Of a stretch of 64,000 nt of DNA, positions 50,201-62,547 are shown in pieces. A program made the translations under genes and the position numbers. The notes under the pieces are model-generated. The model did no database searches. It had not been told where the DNA came from and worked only from the letters and a program-made list of their open reading frames with translations. The stretch lies in assembly GCA_964016885.1 (NCBI GenBank), contig OZ024753.1, forward strand, positions 13,454,001 through 13,518,000, in the 5' to 3' direction. The stretch's first letter is position 1. Every line of letters starts with the position of its first letter. Source of the DNA: Eledone cirrhosa. Taxonomy: Eukaryota.

Positions 50201-53200
50201 AGTGGGCTGTAGGATAGGGGAGGTGTTGGGTGGAAGGTAGAGTGGGCTGTAGGATAGGGGAGGTGTTGGGTGGAAGGTAGAGAGGGCTGTAGGATAGGGG
50301 AGGTGTTGGGTGGAAGGTAGAGTGGGCTGTAGGATAGGGGAGGTGTTGGGTGGAAGGTAGAGTGGGGTGTAGGATAGGGGAGGTGTTGGGTGGAAGGTAG
50401 AGTGGGCTGTAGGATAGGGGAGGTGTTGGGTGGAAGGTAGAGTGGGCTGTAGGATAGGGGAGGTGTTGGGTGGAAGGTAGAGAGGGCTGTAGGATAGGGG
50501 AGGTGTTGGGTGGAAGGTAGAGTGGGCTGTAGGATAGGGGAGGTGTTGGGTGGATGGTAGAGTGGGCTGTAGGATAGGGGAGGTGTTGGGTGGATGGTAG
50601 AGTGGGCTGTAGGATAGGGGAGGTGTTGGGTGGAAGGTAGAGTGGGCTGTAGGATAGGGGAGGTGTTGGGTGGAAGGTAGAGTGGGCTGTAGGATAGGGG
50701 AGGTGTTGGGTGGAAGGTAGAGTGGGCTGTAGGATAGGGGAGGTGTTGGGTGGAAGGTAGAGTGGGCTGTAGGATAGGGGAGGTGTTGGGTGGAAGGTAG
50801 AGTGGGCTGTAGGATAGGGGAGGTGTTGGGTGGAAGGTAGAGTGGGCTGTAGGATAGGGGAGGTGTTGGGTGGAAGGTAGAGTGGGCTGTAGGATAGGGG
50901 AGGTGTTGGGTGGAAGGTAGAGTGGGCTGTAGGATAGGGGAGGTGTTGGGTGGAAGGTAGAGAGGGCTGTAGGATAGGGGAGGTGTTGGGTGGAAGGTAG
51001 AGTGGGCTGTAGGATAGGGGAGGTGTTGGGTGGAAGGTAGAGTGGGCTGTAGGATAGGGGAGGTGTTGGGTGGAAGGTAGAGTGGGGTGTAGGATAGGGG
51101 AGGTGTTGGGTGGAAGGTAGAGTGGGCTGTAGGATAGGGGAGGTGTTGGGTGGAAGGTAGAGTGGGCTGTAGGATAGGGGAGGTGTTGGGTGGATGGTAG
51201 AGCAGGCTGTAGGATAGGGGAGGTGTTGGGTGGAAGGTAGAGTGGTCTGTAGGATAGGGGAGGTGTTGGGTGGATGGTAGAGTGGGCTGTAGGATAGGAG
51301 AGGTGTTGGGTGGAAGGTAGAGCAGGCTGTAGGATAGGGGAGGTGTTGGGTGGAAGGTAGAGTGGGCTGTAGGATAGGGGAGGTGTTGGGTGGAAGGTAG
51401 AGAGGGGTGTAGGATAGGGGAGGTGTTGGGTGGAAGGTAGAGTGGGCTGTAGGATAGGGGAGGTGTTGGGTGGAAGGTAGAGTGGGCTGTAGGATAGGGG
51501 AGGTGTTGGGTGGAAGGTAGCGCAGGCTGTAGGATAGGGGAGGTGTTGGGTGGAAGGTAGAGTGGGCTGTAGGATAGGGGAGGTGTTGGGTGGAAGGTAG
51601 AGAGGGGTGTAGGATAGGGGAGGTGTTGGGTGGATGGTAGAGAGGGGTGTAAGATAGGGGAGGTGTTGGGTGGATGGTAGAGAGGGGTGTAAGATAGGGG
51701 AGGTGTTGGGTGGATGGTAGAGAGGGGTGTAAGATAGGGGAGGTGTTGAGTGGAAGGTAGAGTGGGCTGTAGGATAGGGGAGGTGTTGGGTGGAAGGTAG
51801 AGTGGGCTGTAGGATAGGGGAGGTGTTGGGTGGAAGGTAGAGTGGGCTGTAGGATAGGGGAGGTGTTGGGTGGAAGGTAGAGAGGGGTGTAGGATAGGGG
51901 AGGTGTTGGGTGGATGGTAGAGAGGGGTGTAAGATAGGGGAGGTGTTGGGTGGATGGTAGAGAGGGGTGTAAGATAGGGGAGGTGTTGGGTGGATGGTAG
52001 AGAGGGGTGTAAGATAGGGGAGGTGTTGAGTGGAAGGTAGAGCAGGCTGTAGGATAGGGGAGGTGTTGGGTGGAAGGTAGAGAGGGCTGTAGGATAGGGG
52101 AGGTGTTGGGTGGAAGGTAGAGAGGGCTGTAGGATAGTGGTGGTGTTGGGTGGAAGGTAGAGAGGGCTGTAGGATAGGGGAGGTGTTGGGTGGAAGGTAG
52201 AGTGGGCTGTAGGATAGTGGTGGTGTTGGGTGGAAGGTAGAGCAGGCTGTAGGATAGGGGAGGTGTTGGGTGGAAGGTAGAGCAGGCTGTAGGATAGGGG
52301 AGGTGTTGGGTGGAAGGTAGAGTGGGCTGTAGGATAGGGGAGGTGTTGGGTGGAAGGTAGAGAGGGCTGTAGGATAGGGGAGGTGTTGGGTGGAAGGTAG
52401 AGCAGGCTGTAGGATAGGGAAGGTGTTGGGTGGAAGGTAGAGTGGGCTGTAGGATAGGGGTGGTGTTGGGTGGAAGGTAGAGCAGGCTGTAGGATAGGGA
52501 AGGTGTTGGGTGGAAGGTAGAGTGGGCTGTAGGATAGGGGAGGTGTTGGGTGGAAGGTAGAGAGGGCTGTAGGATAGGGGAGGTGTTGGGTGGAAGGTAG
52601 AGCAGGCTGTAGGATAGGGGAGGTGTTGGGTGGAAGGTAGAGCAGGCTGTAGGATAGGGGAGGAGTTGGGTGGAAGGTAGGGTGGGGTGTAGGATAGGGG
52701 AGGTGTTGGGTGGAAGGTAGAGCAGGCTGTAGGATAGGGGAGGAGTTGGGTGGAAGGTAGGGTGGGGTGTAGGATAGGGGAGGTGTTGGGTGGAAGGTAG
52801 AGAGGGCTGTAGGATAGGGGAGGTGTTGGGTGGAAGGTAGAGCAGGCTGTAGGATAGGGGAGGTGTTGGGTGGAAGGTAGAGCAGGCTGTAGGATAGGGG
52901 AGGAGTTGGGTGGAAGGTAGGGTGGGGTGTAGGATAGGGGAGGTGTTGGGTGGAAGGTAGGGTGGGGTGTAGGATAGGGGAGGTGTTGGGTGGAAGGTAG
53001 AGCAGGCTGTAGGATAGGGAAGGTGTTGGGTGGAAGGTAGAGTGGGGTGTAGGATAGGGGAGGTGTTGGGTGGAAGGTAGAGCAGGCTGTAGGATAGGGG
53101 AGGTGTTGGGTGGAAGGTAGAGTGGGCTGTAGGATAGGGGAGGTGTTGGGTGGAAGGTAGGGTGGGGTGTAGGATAGGGGAGGTGTTGGGTGGAAGGTAG

Positions 53201-56200
53201 AGCAGGCTGTAGGATAGGGAAGGTGTTGGGTGGAAGGTAGAGTGGGGTGTAGGATAGGGGAGGTGTTGGGTGGAAGGTAGAGCAGGCTGTAGGATAGGGG
53301 AGGTGTTGGGTGGAAGGTAGAGCAGGCTGTAGGATAGGGGAGGTGTTGGGTGGAAGGTAGAGCGGGTGTAGGATAGGGGAGGTGTTGGGTGGAAGGTAGA
53401 GCAGGCTGTAGGATAGGGAAGGTGTTGGGTGGATGGTAGAGTGGGGTGTAGGATAGGGGAGGTGTTGGGTGGAAGGTAGAGCAGGCTGTAGGATAGGGGA
53501 GGTGTTGGGTGGAAGGTAGAGCAGGCTGTAGGATAGGGGAGGTGTTGGGTGGAAGGTAGAGCAGGCTGTAGGATAGGGGAGGTGTTGGGTGGAAGGTAGA
53601 GCGGGTGTAGGATAGGGGAGGTGTTGGGTGGATGGTAGAGCAGGCTGTAGGATAGGGGAGGTGTTGGGTGGAAGGTAGAGTGGGGTGTAGGATAGGGGAG
53701 GTGTTGGGTGGAAGGTAGAGCAGGCTGTAGGATAGGGGAGGTGTTGGGTGGATGGTAGAGCAGGCTGTAGGATAGGGGAGGTGTTGGGTGGAAGGTAGAG
53801 TGGGCTGTAGGATAGGGGAGGTGTTGGGTGGAAGGTAGAGCGGGTGTAGGATAGGGGAGGTGTTGGGTGGAAGGTAGAGTGGGCTGTAGGATAGGGGAGG
53901 TGTTGGGTGGAAGGTAGAGTGGGGTGTAGGATAGGGGAGGTGTTGGGTGGATGGTAGAGCAGGCTGTAGGATAGGGGAGGTGTTGGGTGGAAGGTAGAGC
54001 AGGCTGTAGGATAGGGGAGGTGTTGGGTGGAAGGTAGAGCGGGTGTAGGATAGGGGAGGTGTTGGGTGGAAGGTAGAGTGGGCTGTAGGATAGGGGAGGT
54101 GTTGGGTGGAAGGTAGAGTGGGGTGTAGGATAGGGGAGGTGTTGGGTGGAAGGTAGAGCAGGCTGTAGGATAGGGGAGGTGTTGGGTGGAAGGTAGAGCG
54201 GGTGTAGGATAGGGGAGGTGTTGGGTGGAAGGTAGAGTGGGCTGTAGGATAGGGGAGGTGTTGGGTGGAAGGTAGAGTGGGGTGTAGGATAGGGGAGGTG
54301 TTGGGTGGATGGTAGAGCAGGCTGTAGGATAGGGGAGGTGTTGGGTGGAAGGTAGAGCAGGCTGTAGGATAGGGGAGGTGTTGGGTGGAAGGTAGAGCGG
54401 GTGTAGGATAGGGGAGGTGTTGGGTGGAAGGTAGAGTGGGCTGTAGGATAGGGGAGGTGTTGGGTGGAAGGTAGAGTGGGGTGTAGGATAGGGGAGGTGT
54501 TGGGTGGAAGGTAGAGCAGGCTGTAGGATAGGGGAGGTGTTGGGTGGAAGGTAGAGCGGGTGTAGGATAGGGGAGGTGTTGGGTGGAAGGTAGAGTGGGC
54601 TGTAGGATAGGGGAGGTGTTGGGTGGAAGGTAGAGTGGGGTGTAGGATAGGGGAGGTGTTGGGTGGATGGTAGAGCAGGCTGTAGGATAGGGGAGGTGTT
54701 GGGTGGAAGGTAGAGCAGGCTGTAGGATAGGGGAGGTGTTGGGTGGAAGGTAGAGCAGGCTGTAGGATAGGGGAGGTGTTGGGTGGAAGGTAGAGCAGGC
54801 TGTAGGATAGGGGAGGTGTTGGGTGGAAGGTAGAGCGGGTGTAGGATAGGGGAGGTGTTGGGTGGATGGTAGAGCAGGCTGTAGGATAGGGGAGGTGTTG
54901 GGTGGAAGGTAGAGTGGGGTGTAGGATAGGGGAGGTGTTGGGTGGATGGTAGAGCAGGCTGTAGGATAGGGGAGGTGTTGGGTGGAAGGTAGAGTGGGCT
55001 GTAGGATAGGGGAGGTGTTGGGTGGAAGGTAGGGTGGGGTGTAGGATAGGGGAGGTGTTGGGTGGAAGGTAGAGCAGGCTGTAGGATAGGGAAGGTGTTG
55101 GGTGGAAGGTAGAGTGGGGTGTAGGATAGGGGAGGTGTTGGGTGGAAGGTAGAGCAGGCTGTAGGATAGGGGAGGTGTTGGGTGGATGGTAGAGCAGGCT
55201 GTAGGATAGGGGAGGTGTTGGGTGGATGGTAGAGCAGGCTGTAGGATAGGGGAGGTGTTGGGTGGAAGGTAGAGTGGGGTGTAGGATAGGGGAGGTGTTG
55301 GGTGGATGGTAGAGCAGGCTGTAGGATAGGGGAGGTGTTGGGTGGAAGGTAGAGCAGGCTGTAGGATAGGGGAGGTGTTGGGTGGATGGTAGAGCAGGCT
55401 GTAGGATAGGGGAGGTGTTGGGTGGAAGGTAGAGCAGGCTGTAGGATAGGGGAGGTGTTGGGTGGATGGTAGAGCAGGCTGTAGGATAGGGGAGGTGTTG
55501 GGTGGATGGTAGAGCAGGCTGTAGGATAGGGGAGGTGTTGGGTGGAAGGTAGGGTGGGGTGTAGGATAGGGGAGGTGTTGGGTGGAAGGTAGAGCAGGCT
55601 GTAGGATAGGGGAGGTGTTGGGTGGAAGGTAGAGCAGGCTGTAGGATAGGGAAGGTGTTGGGTGGAAGGTAGAGCAGGCTGTAGGATAGGGGAGGTGTTG
55701 GGTGGATGGTAGAGTAGGCTGTAGGATAGGGGAGGTGTTGGGTGGAAGGTAGAGAGGGCTGTAGGATAGGGGAGGTGTTGGGTGGAAGGTAGAGTGGGGT
55801 GTAGGATAGGGGAGGTGTTGGGTGGAAGGTAGAGCAGGCTGTAGGATAGGGAAGGTGTTGGGTGGAAGGTAGAGTGGGGTGTAGGATAGGGGAGGTGTTG
55901 GGTGGAAGGTAGAGCAGGCTGTAGGATAGGGGAGGTGTTGGGTGGATGGTAGAGCAGGCTGTAGGATAGGGAAGGTGTTGGGTGGAAGGTAGAGTGGGGT
56001 GTAGGATAGGGGAGGTGTTGGGTGGAAGGTAGAGCAGGCTGTAGGATAGGGAAGGTGTTGGGTGGAAGGTAGAGTGGGCTGTAGGATAGGGGAGGTGTTG
56101 GGTGGAAGGTAGAGTGGGGTGTAGGATAGGGGAGGTGTTGGGTGGAAGGTAGAGCAGGCTGTAGGATAGGGAAGGTGTTGGGTGGAAGGTAGAGTGGGCT

Positions 56201-59200
56201 GTAGGATAGGGGAGGTGTTGGGTGGAAGGTAGAGTGGGGTGTAGGATAGGGGAGGTGTTGGGTGGAAGGTAGAGTGGGGTGTAGGATAGGGGAGGTGTTG
56301 GGTGGAAGGTAGAGCAGGCTGTAGGATAGGGAAGGTGTTGGGTGGAAGGTAGAGTGGGGTGTAGGATAGGGGAGGTGTTGGGTGGAAGGTAGAGTGGGGT
56401 GTAGGATAGGGGAGGTGTTGGGTGGAAGGTAGAGCAGGCTGTAGGATAGGGAAGGTGTTGGGTGGAAGGTAGAGTGGGCTGTAGGATAGGGGAGATGTTG
56501 GGTGGATGGTAGAGCAGGCTGTAGGATAGGGAAGGTGTTGGGTGGAAGGTAGAGTGGGGTGTAGGATAGGGGAGGTGTTGGGTGGAAGGTAGAGCAGGCT
56601 GTAGGATAGGGAAGGTGTTGGGTGGAAGGTAGAGCAGGCTGTAGGATAGGGGAGGTGTTGGGTGGAAGGTAGAGTGGGCTGTAGGATAGGGGAGGTGTTG
56701 GGTGGAAGGTAGAGAGGGCTGTAGGATAGGGGAGATGTTGGGTGGAAGGTAGAGTGGGCTGTAGGATAGGGGAGGTGTTGGGTGGAAGGTAGAGCAGGCT
56801 GTGGGATAGGGGAGGTGTTGGGTGGAAGGTAGAGTGGGGTGTAGGATAGGGGAGGTGTTGGGTGGAAGGTAGAGTGGGCTGTAGGATAGGGGAGGTGTTG
56901 GGTGGAAGGTAGAGTGGGCTGTAGGATAGGGGAGGTGTTGGGTGGAAGGTAGAGTGGGCTGTAGGATAGGGGAGGTGTTGGGTGGAAGGTAGAGCAGGCT
57001 GTAGGATAGGGGAGGTGTTGGGTGGAAGGTAGAGTGGGCTGTAGGATAGGGGAGGTGTTGGGTGGAAGGTAGAGAGGGCTGTAGGATAGGGGAGATGTTG
57101 GGTGGAAGGTAGAGTGGGCTGTAGGATAGGGGAGGTGTTGGGTGGAAGGTAGAGCAGGCTGTAGGATAGGGGAGGTGTTGGGTGGAAGGTAGAGTGGGCT
57201 GTAGGATAGGGGAGGTGTTGGGTGGAAGGTAGAGAGGGCTGTAGGATAGGGGAGATGTTGGGTGGAAGGTAGAGTGGGCTGTAGGATAGGGGAGGTGTTG
57301 GGTGGAAGGTAGAGCAGGCTGTGGGATAGGGGAGGTGTTGGGTGGAAGGTAGAGCAGGCTGTAGGATAGGGGAGATGTTGGGTGGAAGGTAGAGTGGGCT
57401 GTAGGATAGGGGAGATGTTGGGTGGAAGGTAGAGTGGGCTGTAGGATAGGGGAGGTGTTGGGTGGAAGGTAGAGTGGGCTGTAGGATAGGGGAGATGTTG
57501 GGTGGAAGGTAGAGTGGGCTGTAGGATAGGGGAGGTGTTGGGTGGAAGGTAGAGAGGGCTGTAGGATAGGGGAGGTGTTGGGTGGAAGGTAGAGTGGGCT
57601 GTAGGATAGGGGAGATGTTGGGTGGAAGGTAGAGTGGGCTGTAGGATAGGGGAGGTGTTGGGTGGAAGGTAGAGCAGGCTGTAGGATAGGGGAGGTGTTG
57701 GGTGGAAGGTAGAGAGGGCTGTAGGATAGGGGAGGTGTTGGGTGGAAGGTAGAGTGGGCTGTAGGATAGGGGAGATGTTGGGTGGAAGGTAGAGTGGGCT
57801 GTAGGATAGGGGAGGTGTTGGGTGGAAGGTAGAGCAGGCTGTAGGATAGGGGAGGTGTTGGGTGGAAGGTAGAGTGGGCTGTAGGATAGGGGAGGTGTTG
57901 GGTGGAAGGTAGAGCAAGCTGTAGGATAGGGAAGGTGTTGGGTGGAAGGTAGAGCAGGCTGTAGGATAGGGGAGGTGTTGGGTGGAAGGTAGAGTGGGCT
58001 GTAGGATAGGGGAGGTGTTGGGTGGAAGGTAGAGCAAGCTGTAGGATAGGGAAGGTGTTGGGTGGAAGGTAGAGCAGGCTGTAGGATAGGGGAGGTGTTG
58101 GGTGGAAGGTAGAGTGGGCTGTAGGATAGGGGAGGTGTTGGGTGGATGGTAGAGCAGGCTGTAGGATAGGGGAGGTGTTGGGTGGAAGGTAGAGTGGGCT
58201 GTAGGATAGGGGAGGTGTTGGGTGGAAGGTAGAGTGGGCTGTAGGATAGGGGAGGTGTTGGGTGGAAGGTAGAGCAGGCTGTAGGATAGGGGAGGTGTTG
58301 GGTGGAAGGTAGAGTGGGCTGTAGGATAGGGGAGGTGTTGAGTGGAAGGTAGAGTGGGCTGTAGGATAGGGGAGGTGTTGGGTGGAAGGTAGAGCAGGCT
58401 GTAGGATAGGGGAGGTGTTGGGTGGAAGGTAGAGTGGGCTGTAGGATAGGGGAGATGTTGGGTGGAAGGTAGAGTGGGCTGTAGGATAGGGGAGGTGTTG
58501 GGTGGAAGGTAGAGAGGGCTGTAGGATAGGGGAGGTGTTGGGTGGAAGGTAGAGCAGGCTGTAGGATAGGGGAGGTGTTGGGTGGAAGGTAGAGTGGGCT
58601 GTAGGATAGGGGAGGTGTTGGGTGGAAGGTAGAGCAGGCTGTAGGATAGGGGAGGTGTTGGGTGGAAGGTAGAGTGGGCTGTAGGATAGGGGAGGTGTTG
58701 GGTGGAAGGTAGAGTGGGCTGTAGGATAGGGGAGGTGTTGGGTGGAAGGTAGAGAGGGCTGTAGGATAGGGGAGGTGTTGGGTGGAAGGTAGAGCAGGCT
58801 GTAGGATAGGGGAGGTGTTGGGTGGAAGGTAGAGTGGGCTGTAGGATAGGGGAGGTGTTGGGTGGAAGGTAGAGAGGGCTGTAGGATAGGGGAGGTGTTG
58901 GGTGGAAGGTAGAGCAGGCTGTAGGATAGGGGAGGTGTTGGGTGGAAGGTAGAGCAGGCTGTAGGATAGGGGAGGTGTTGGGTGGAAGGTAGAGTGGGCT
59001 GTAGGATAGGGGAGGTGTTGGGTGGAAGGTAGAGTGGGCTGTAGGATAGGGGAGGTGTTGGGTGGATGGTAGAGTGGGCTGTAGGATAGGGGAGGTGTTG
59101 GGTGGAAGGTAGAGCAGGCTGTAGGATAGGGGAGGTGTTGGGTGGAAGGTAGAGTGGGCTGTAGGATAGGGGAGGTGTTGGGTGGAAGGTAGAGCAGGCT

Positions 59201-62200
59201 GTAGGATAGGGGAGGTGTTGGGTGGAAGGTAGAGTGGGCTGTAGGATAGGGGAGGTGTTGGGTGGAAGGTAGAGTGGGCTGTAGGATAGGGGAGATGTTG
59301 GGTGGATGGTAGAGTGGGCTGTAGGATAGGGGAGGTGTTGGGTGGAAGGTAGAGCAGGCTGTAGGATAGGGGAGGTGTTGGGTGGAAGGTAGAGCAGGCT
59401 GTAGGATAGGGGAGGTGTTGGGTGGAAGGTAGAGTGGGCTGTAGGATAGGGGAGATGTTGGGTGGATGGTAGAGTGGGCTGTAGGATAGGGGAGGTGTTG
59501 GGTGGAAGGTAGAGTGGGCTGTAGGATAGGGGAGGTGTTGGGTGGAAGGTAGAGTGGGCTGTAGGATAGGGGAGATGTTGGGTGGAAGGTAGAGTGGGCT
59601 GTAGGATAGGGGAGGTGTTGGGTGGAAGGTAGAGTGGGCTGTAGGATAGGGGAGGTGTTGGGTGGAAGGTAGAGTGGGCTGTAGGATAGGGGAGGTGTTG
59701 GGTGGAAGGTAGAGTGGGCTGTAGGATAGGGGAGGTGTTGGGTGGATGGTAGAGCAGGCTGTAGGATAGGGGAGGTGTTGGGTGGAAGGTAGAGTGGGCT
59801 GTAGGATAGGGGAGGTGTTGGGTGGAAGGTAGAGCAGGCTGTAGGATAGGGGAGGTGTTGGGTGGAAGGTAGAGTGGGCTGTAGGATAGGGGAGGTGTTG
59901 GGTGGAAGGTAGAGTGGGCTGTAGGATAGGGGAGGTGTTGGGTGGATGGTAGAGCAGGCTGTAGGATAGGGGAGGTGTTGGGTGGAAGGTAGAGTGGGCT
60001 GTAGGATAGGGGAGGTGTTGGGTGGAAGGTAGAGTGGGCTGTAGGATAGGGGAGGTGTTGGGTGGAAGGTAGAGCAGGCTGTAGGATAGGAGAGGTGTTG
60101 GGTGGAAGGTAGAGTGGGCTGTAGGATAGGGGAGGTGTTGGGTGGAAGGTAGAGTGGGCTGTAGGATAGGGGAGGTGTTGGGTGGAAGGTAGAGCAGGCT
60201 GTAGGATAGGGGAGGTGTTGGGTGGAAGGTAGAGCGGGTGTAGGATAGGGGAGGTGTTGGGTGGATGGTAGAGCAGGCTGTAGGATAGGGGAGGTGTTGG
60301 GTGGAAGGTAGAGTGGGCTGTAGGATAGGGGAGGTGTTGGGTGGAAGGTAGAGTGGGCTGTAGGATAGGGGAGGTGTTGAGTGGAAGGTAGAGTGGGCTG
60401 TAGGATAGGGGAGGTGTTGGGTGGAAGGTAGAGTGGGCTGTAGGATAGGGGAGGTGTTGGGTGGAAGGTAGAGCAGGCTGTAGGATAGGGGAGGTGTTGG
60501 GTGGAAGGTAGAGTGGGCTGTAGGATAGGGGAGGTGTTGGGTGGAAGGTAGAGCAGGCTGTAGGATAGGGGAGGTGTTGGGTGGAAGGTAGAGCGGGTGT
60601 AGGATAGGGGAGGTGTTGGGTGGATGGTAGAGCAGGCTGTAGGATAGGGGAGGTGTTGGGTGGAAGGTAGAGTGGGCTGTAGGATAGGGGAGGTGTTGGG
60701 TGGAAGGTAGAGCAGGCTGTAGGATAGGGGAGGTGTTGGGTGGAAGGTAGAGTGGGCTGTAGGATAGGGGAGGTGTTGGGTGGAAGGTAGAGCAGGCTGT
60801 AGGATAGGGGAGGTGTTGGGTGGAAGGTAGAGTGGGCTGTAGGATAGGGGAGGTGTTGGGTGGAAGGTAGAGTGGGCTGTAGGATAGGGGAGGTGTTGGG
60901 TGGAAGGTAGAGCAGGCTGTAGGATAGGGGAGGTGTTGGGTGGAAGGTAGAGTGGGCTGTAGGATAGGGGAGGTGTTGGGTGGAAGGTAGAGCAGGCTGT
61001 AGGATAGGGGAGGTGTTGGGTGGAAGGTAGAGTGGGCTGTAGGATAGGGGAGGTGTTGGGTGGATGGTAGAGTGGGGTGTAGGATAGGGGAGGTGTTGGG
61101 TGGAAGGTAGAGCAGGCTGTAGGATAGGGGAGGTGTTGGGTGGAAGGTAGAGTGGGCTGTAGGATAGGGGAGGTGTTGGGTGGAAGGTAGAGTGGGCTGT
61201 AGGATAGGGGAGGTGTTGGGTGGAAGGTAGAGCAGGCTGTAGGATAGGGGAGGTGTTGGGTGGAAGGTAGAGTGGGCTGTAGGATAGGGGAGGTGTTGGG
61301 TGGAAGGTAGAGCAGGCTGTAGGATAGGGGAGGTGTTGGGTGGAAGGTAGAGTGGGCTGTAGGATAGGGGAGGTGTTGGGTGGATGGTAGAGCAGGCTGT
61401 AGGATAGGGGAGGTGTTGGGTGGAAGGTAGAGTGGGCTGTAGGATAGGGGAGGTGTTGAGTGGAAGGTAGAGTGGGCTGTAGGATAGGGGAGGTGTTGGG
61501 TGGAAGGTAGAGCAGGCTGTAGGATAGGGGAGGTGTTGGGTGGAAGGTAGAGTGGGCTGTAGGATAGGGGAGGTGTTGGGTGGAAGGTAGAGTGGGCTGT
61601 AGGATAGGGGAGGTGTTGGGTGGAAGGTAGAGCAGGCTGTAGGATAGGGGAGGTGTTGGGTGGAAGGTAGAGTGGGCTGTAGGATAGGGGAGGTGTTGGG
61701 TGGAAGGTAGAGTGGGCTGTAGGATAGGGGAGGTGTTGGGTGGAAGGTAGAGTGGGCTGTAGGATAGGGGAGGTGTTGGGTGGAAGGTAGAGCAGGCTGT
61801 AGGATAGGGGAGGTGTTGGGTGGAAGGTAGAGTGGGCTGTAGGATAGGGGAGGTGTTGGGTGGATGGTAGAGCAGGCTGTAGGATAGGGGAGGTGTTGGG
61901 TGGAAGGTAGAGTGGGCTGTAGGATAGGGGAGGTGTTGGGTGGATGGTAGAGTGGGGTGTAGGATAGGGGAGGTGTTGGGTGGATGGTAGAGTGGGCTGT
62001 AGGATAGGGGAGGTGTTGAGTGGAAGGTAGAGTGGGCTGTAGGATAGGGGAGGTGTTGGGTGGAAGGTAGAGCAGGCTGTAGGATAGGGGAGGTGTTGGG
62101 TGGAAGGTAGAGTGGGCTGTAGGATAGGGGAGGTGTTGGGTGGAAGGTAGAGTGGGCTGTAGGATAGGGGAGGTGTTGGGTGGAAGGTAGAGCAGGCTGT

Positions 62201-62547
62201 AGGATAGGGGAGGTGTTGGGTGGAAGGTAGAGCAGGCTGTAGGATAGGGGAGGTGTTGGGTGGAAGGTAGAGTGGGCTGTAGGATAGGGGAGGCGTTCGG
62301 TGGATGGTAGAGCAGGCTGTAGGATAGGGGAGGTGTTGGGTGGAAGGTAGAGTGGGCTGTAGGATAGGGGAGGTGTTTTGGTGGAGGTAGAGTGGGCTGT
62401 AGGATAGGGTAGACGTTGGGTGGATGTTAGAGTGGGCTGTAGGGTAGGGGAGGTGTTGGGTGGATGGTAGCGCAGGCTGTAGGATAGGGGAGGCGTTGGG
62501 TGCAAGCTAGAGTGGGCTGTAGGATACGGGAGGCGTTGAGTGGAAGG
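41222..62547. repeat. ~21.3-kb satellite of a 40-bp unit (~530 copies): GGTGTTGGGTGGAAGGTAGAG(TG/CA)GGCTGTAGGATAGGGGA
   Basis: Uninterrupted tandem array; minus-strand unit CTCTACCTTCCACCCAACACCTCCCCTATCCTACAGCCCA encodes LYLPPNTSPILQP plus 1 nt. Confidence 0.98.

Noticed and set aside
41266-62505. 7079-aa and 5403-aa Pro/Ser/Thr-rich ORFs resembling extensin or mucin
   Set aside because: The C-rich strand of the 40-mer has no TAA/TAG/TGA, and because 40 mod 3 = 1 all frames give the same 40-aa permutation; there is no ATG start or signal peptide, and 39-bp units shift the register freely
41222-62547. CRISPR array or telomeric repeat
   Set aside because: No unique spacers or cas genes; the unit is 40 bp, not TTAGGG-like, and is flanked on both sides by transposase sequence
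41222-62547. Centromeric function suggested by the CENP-B-like host
   Set aside because: Nothing in the sequence supports it; it would need CENP-A ChIP
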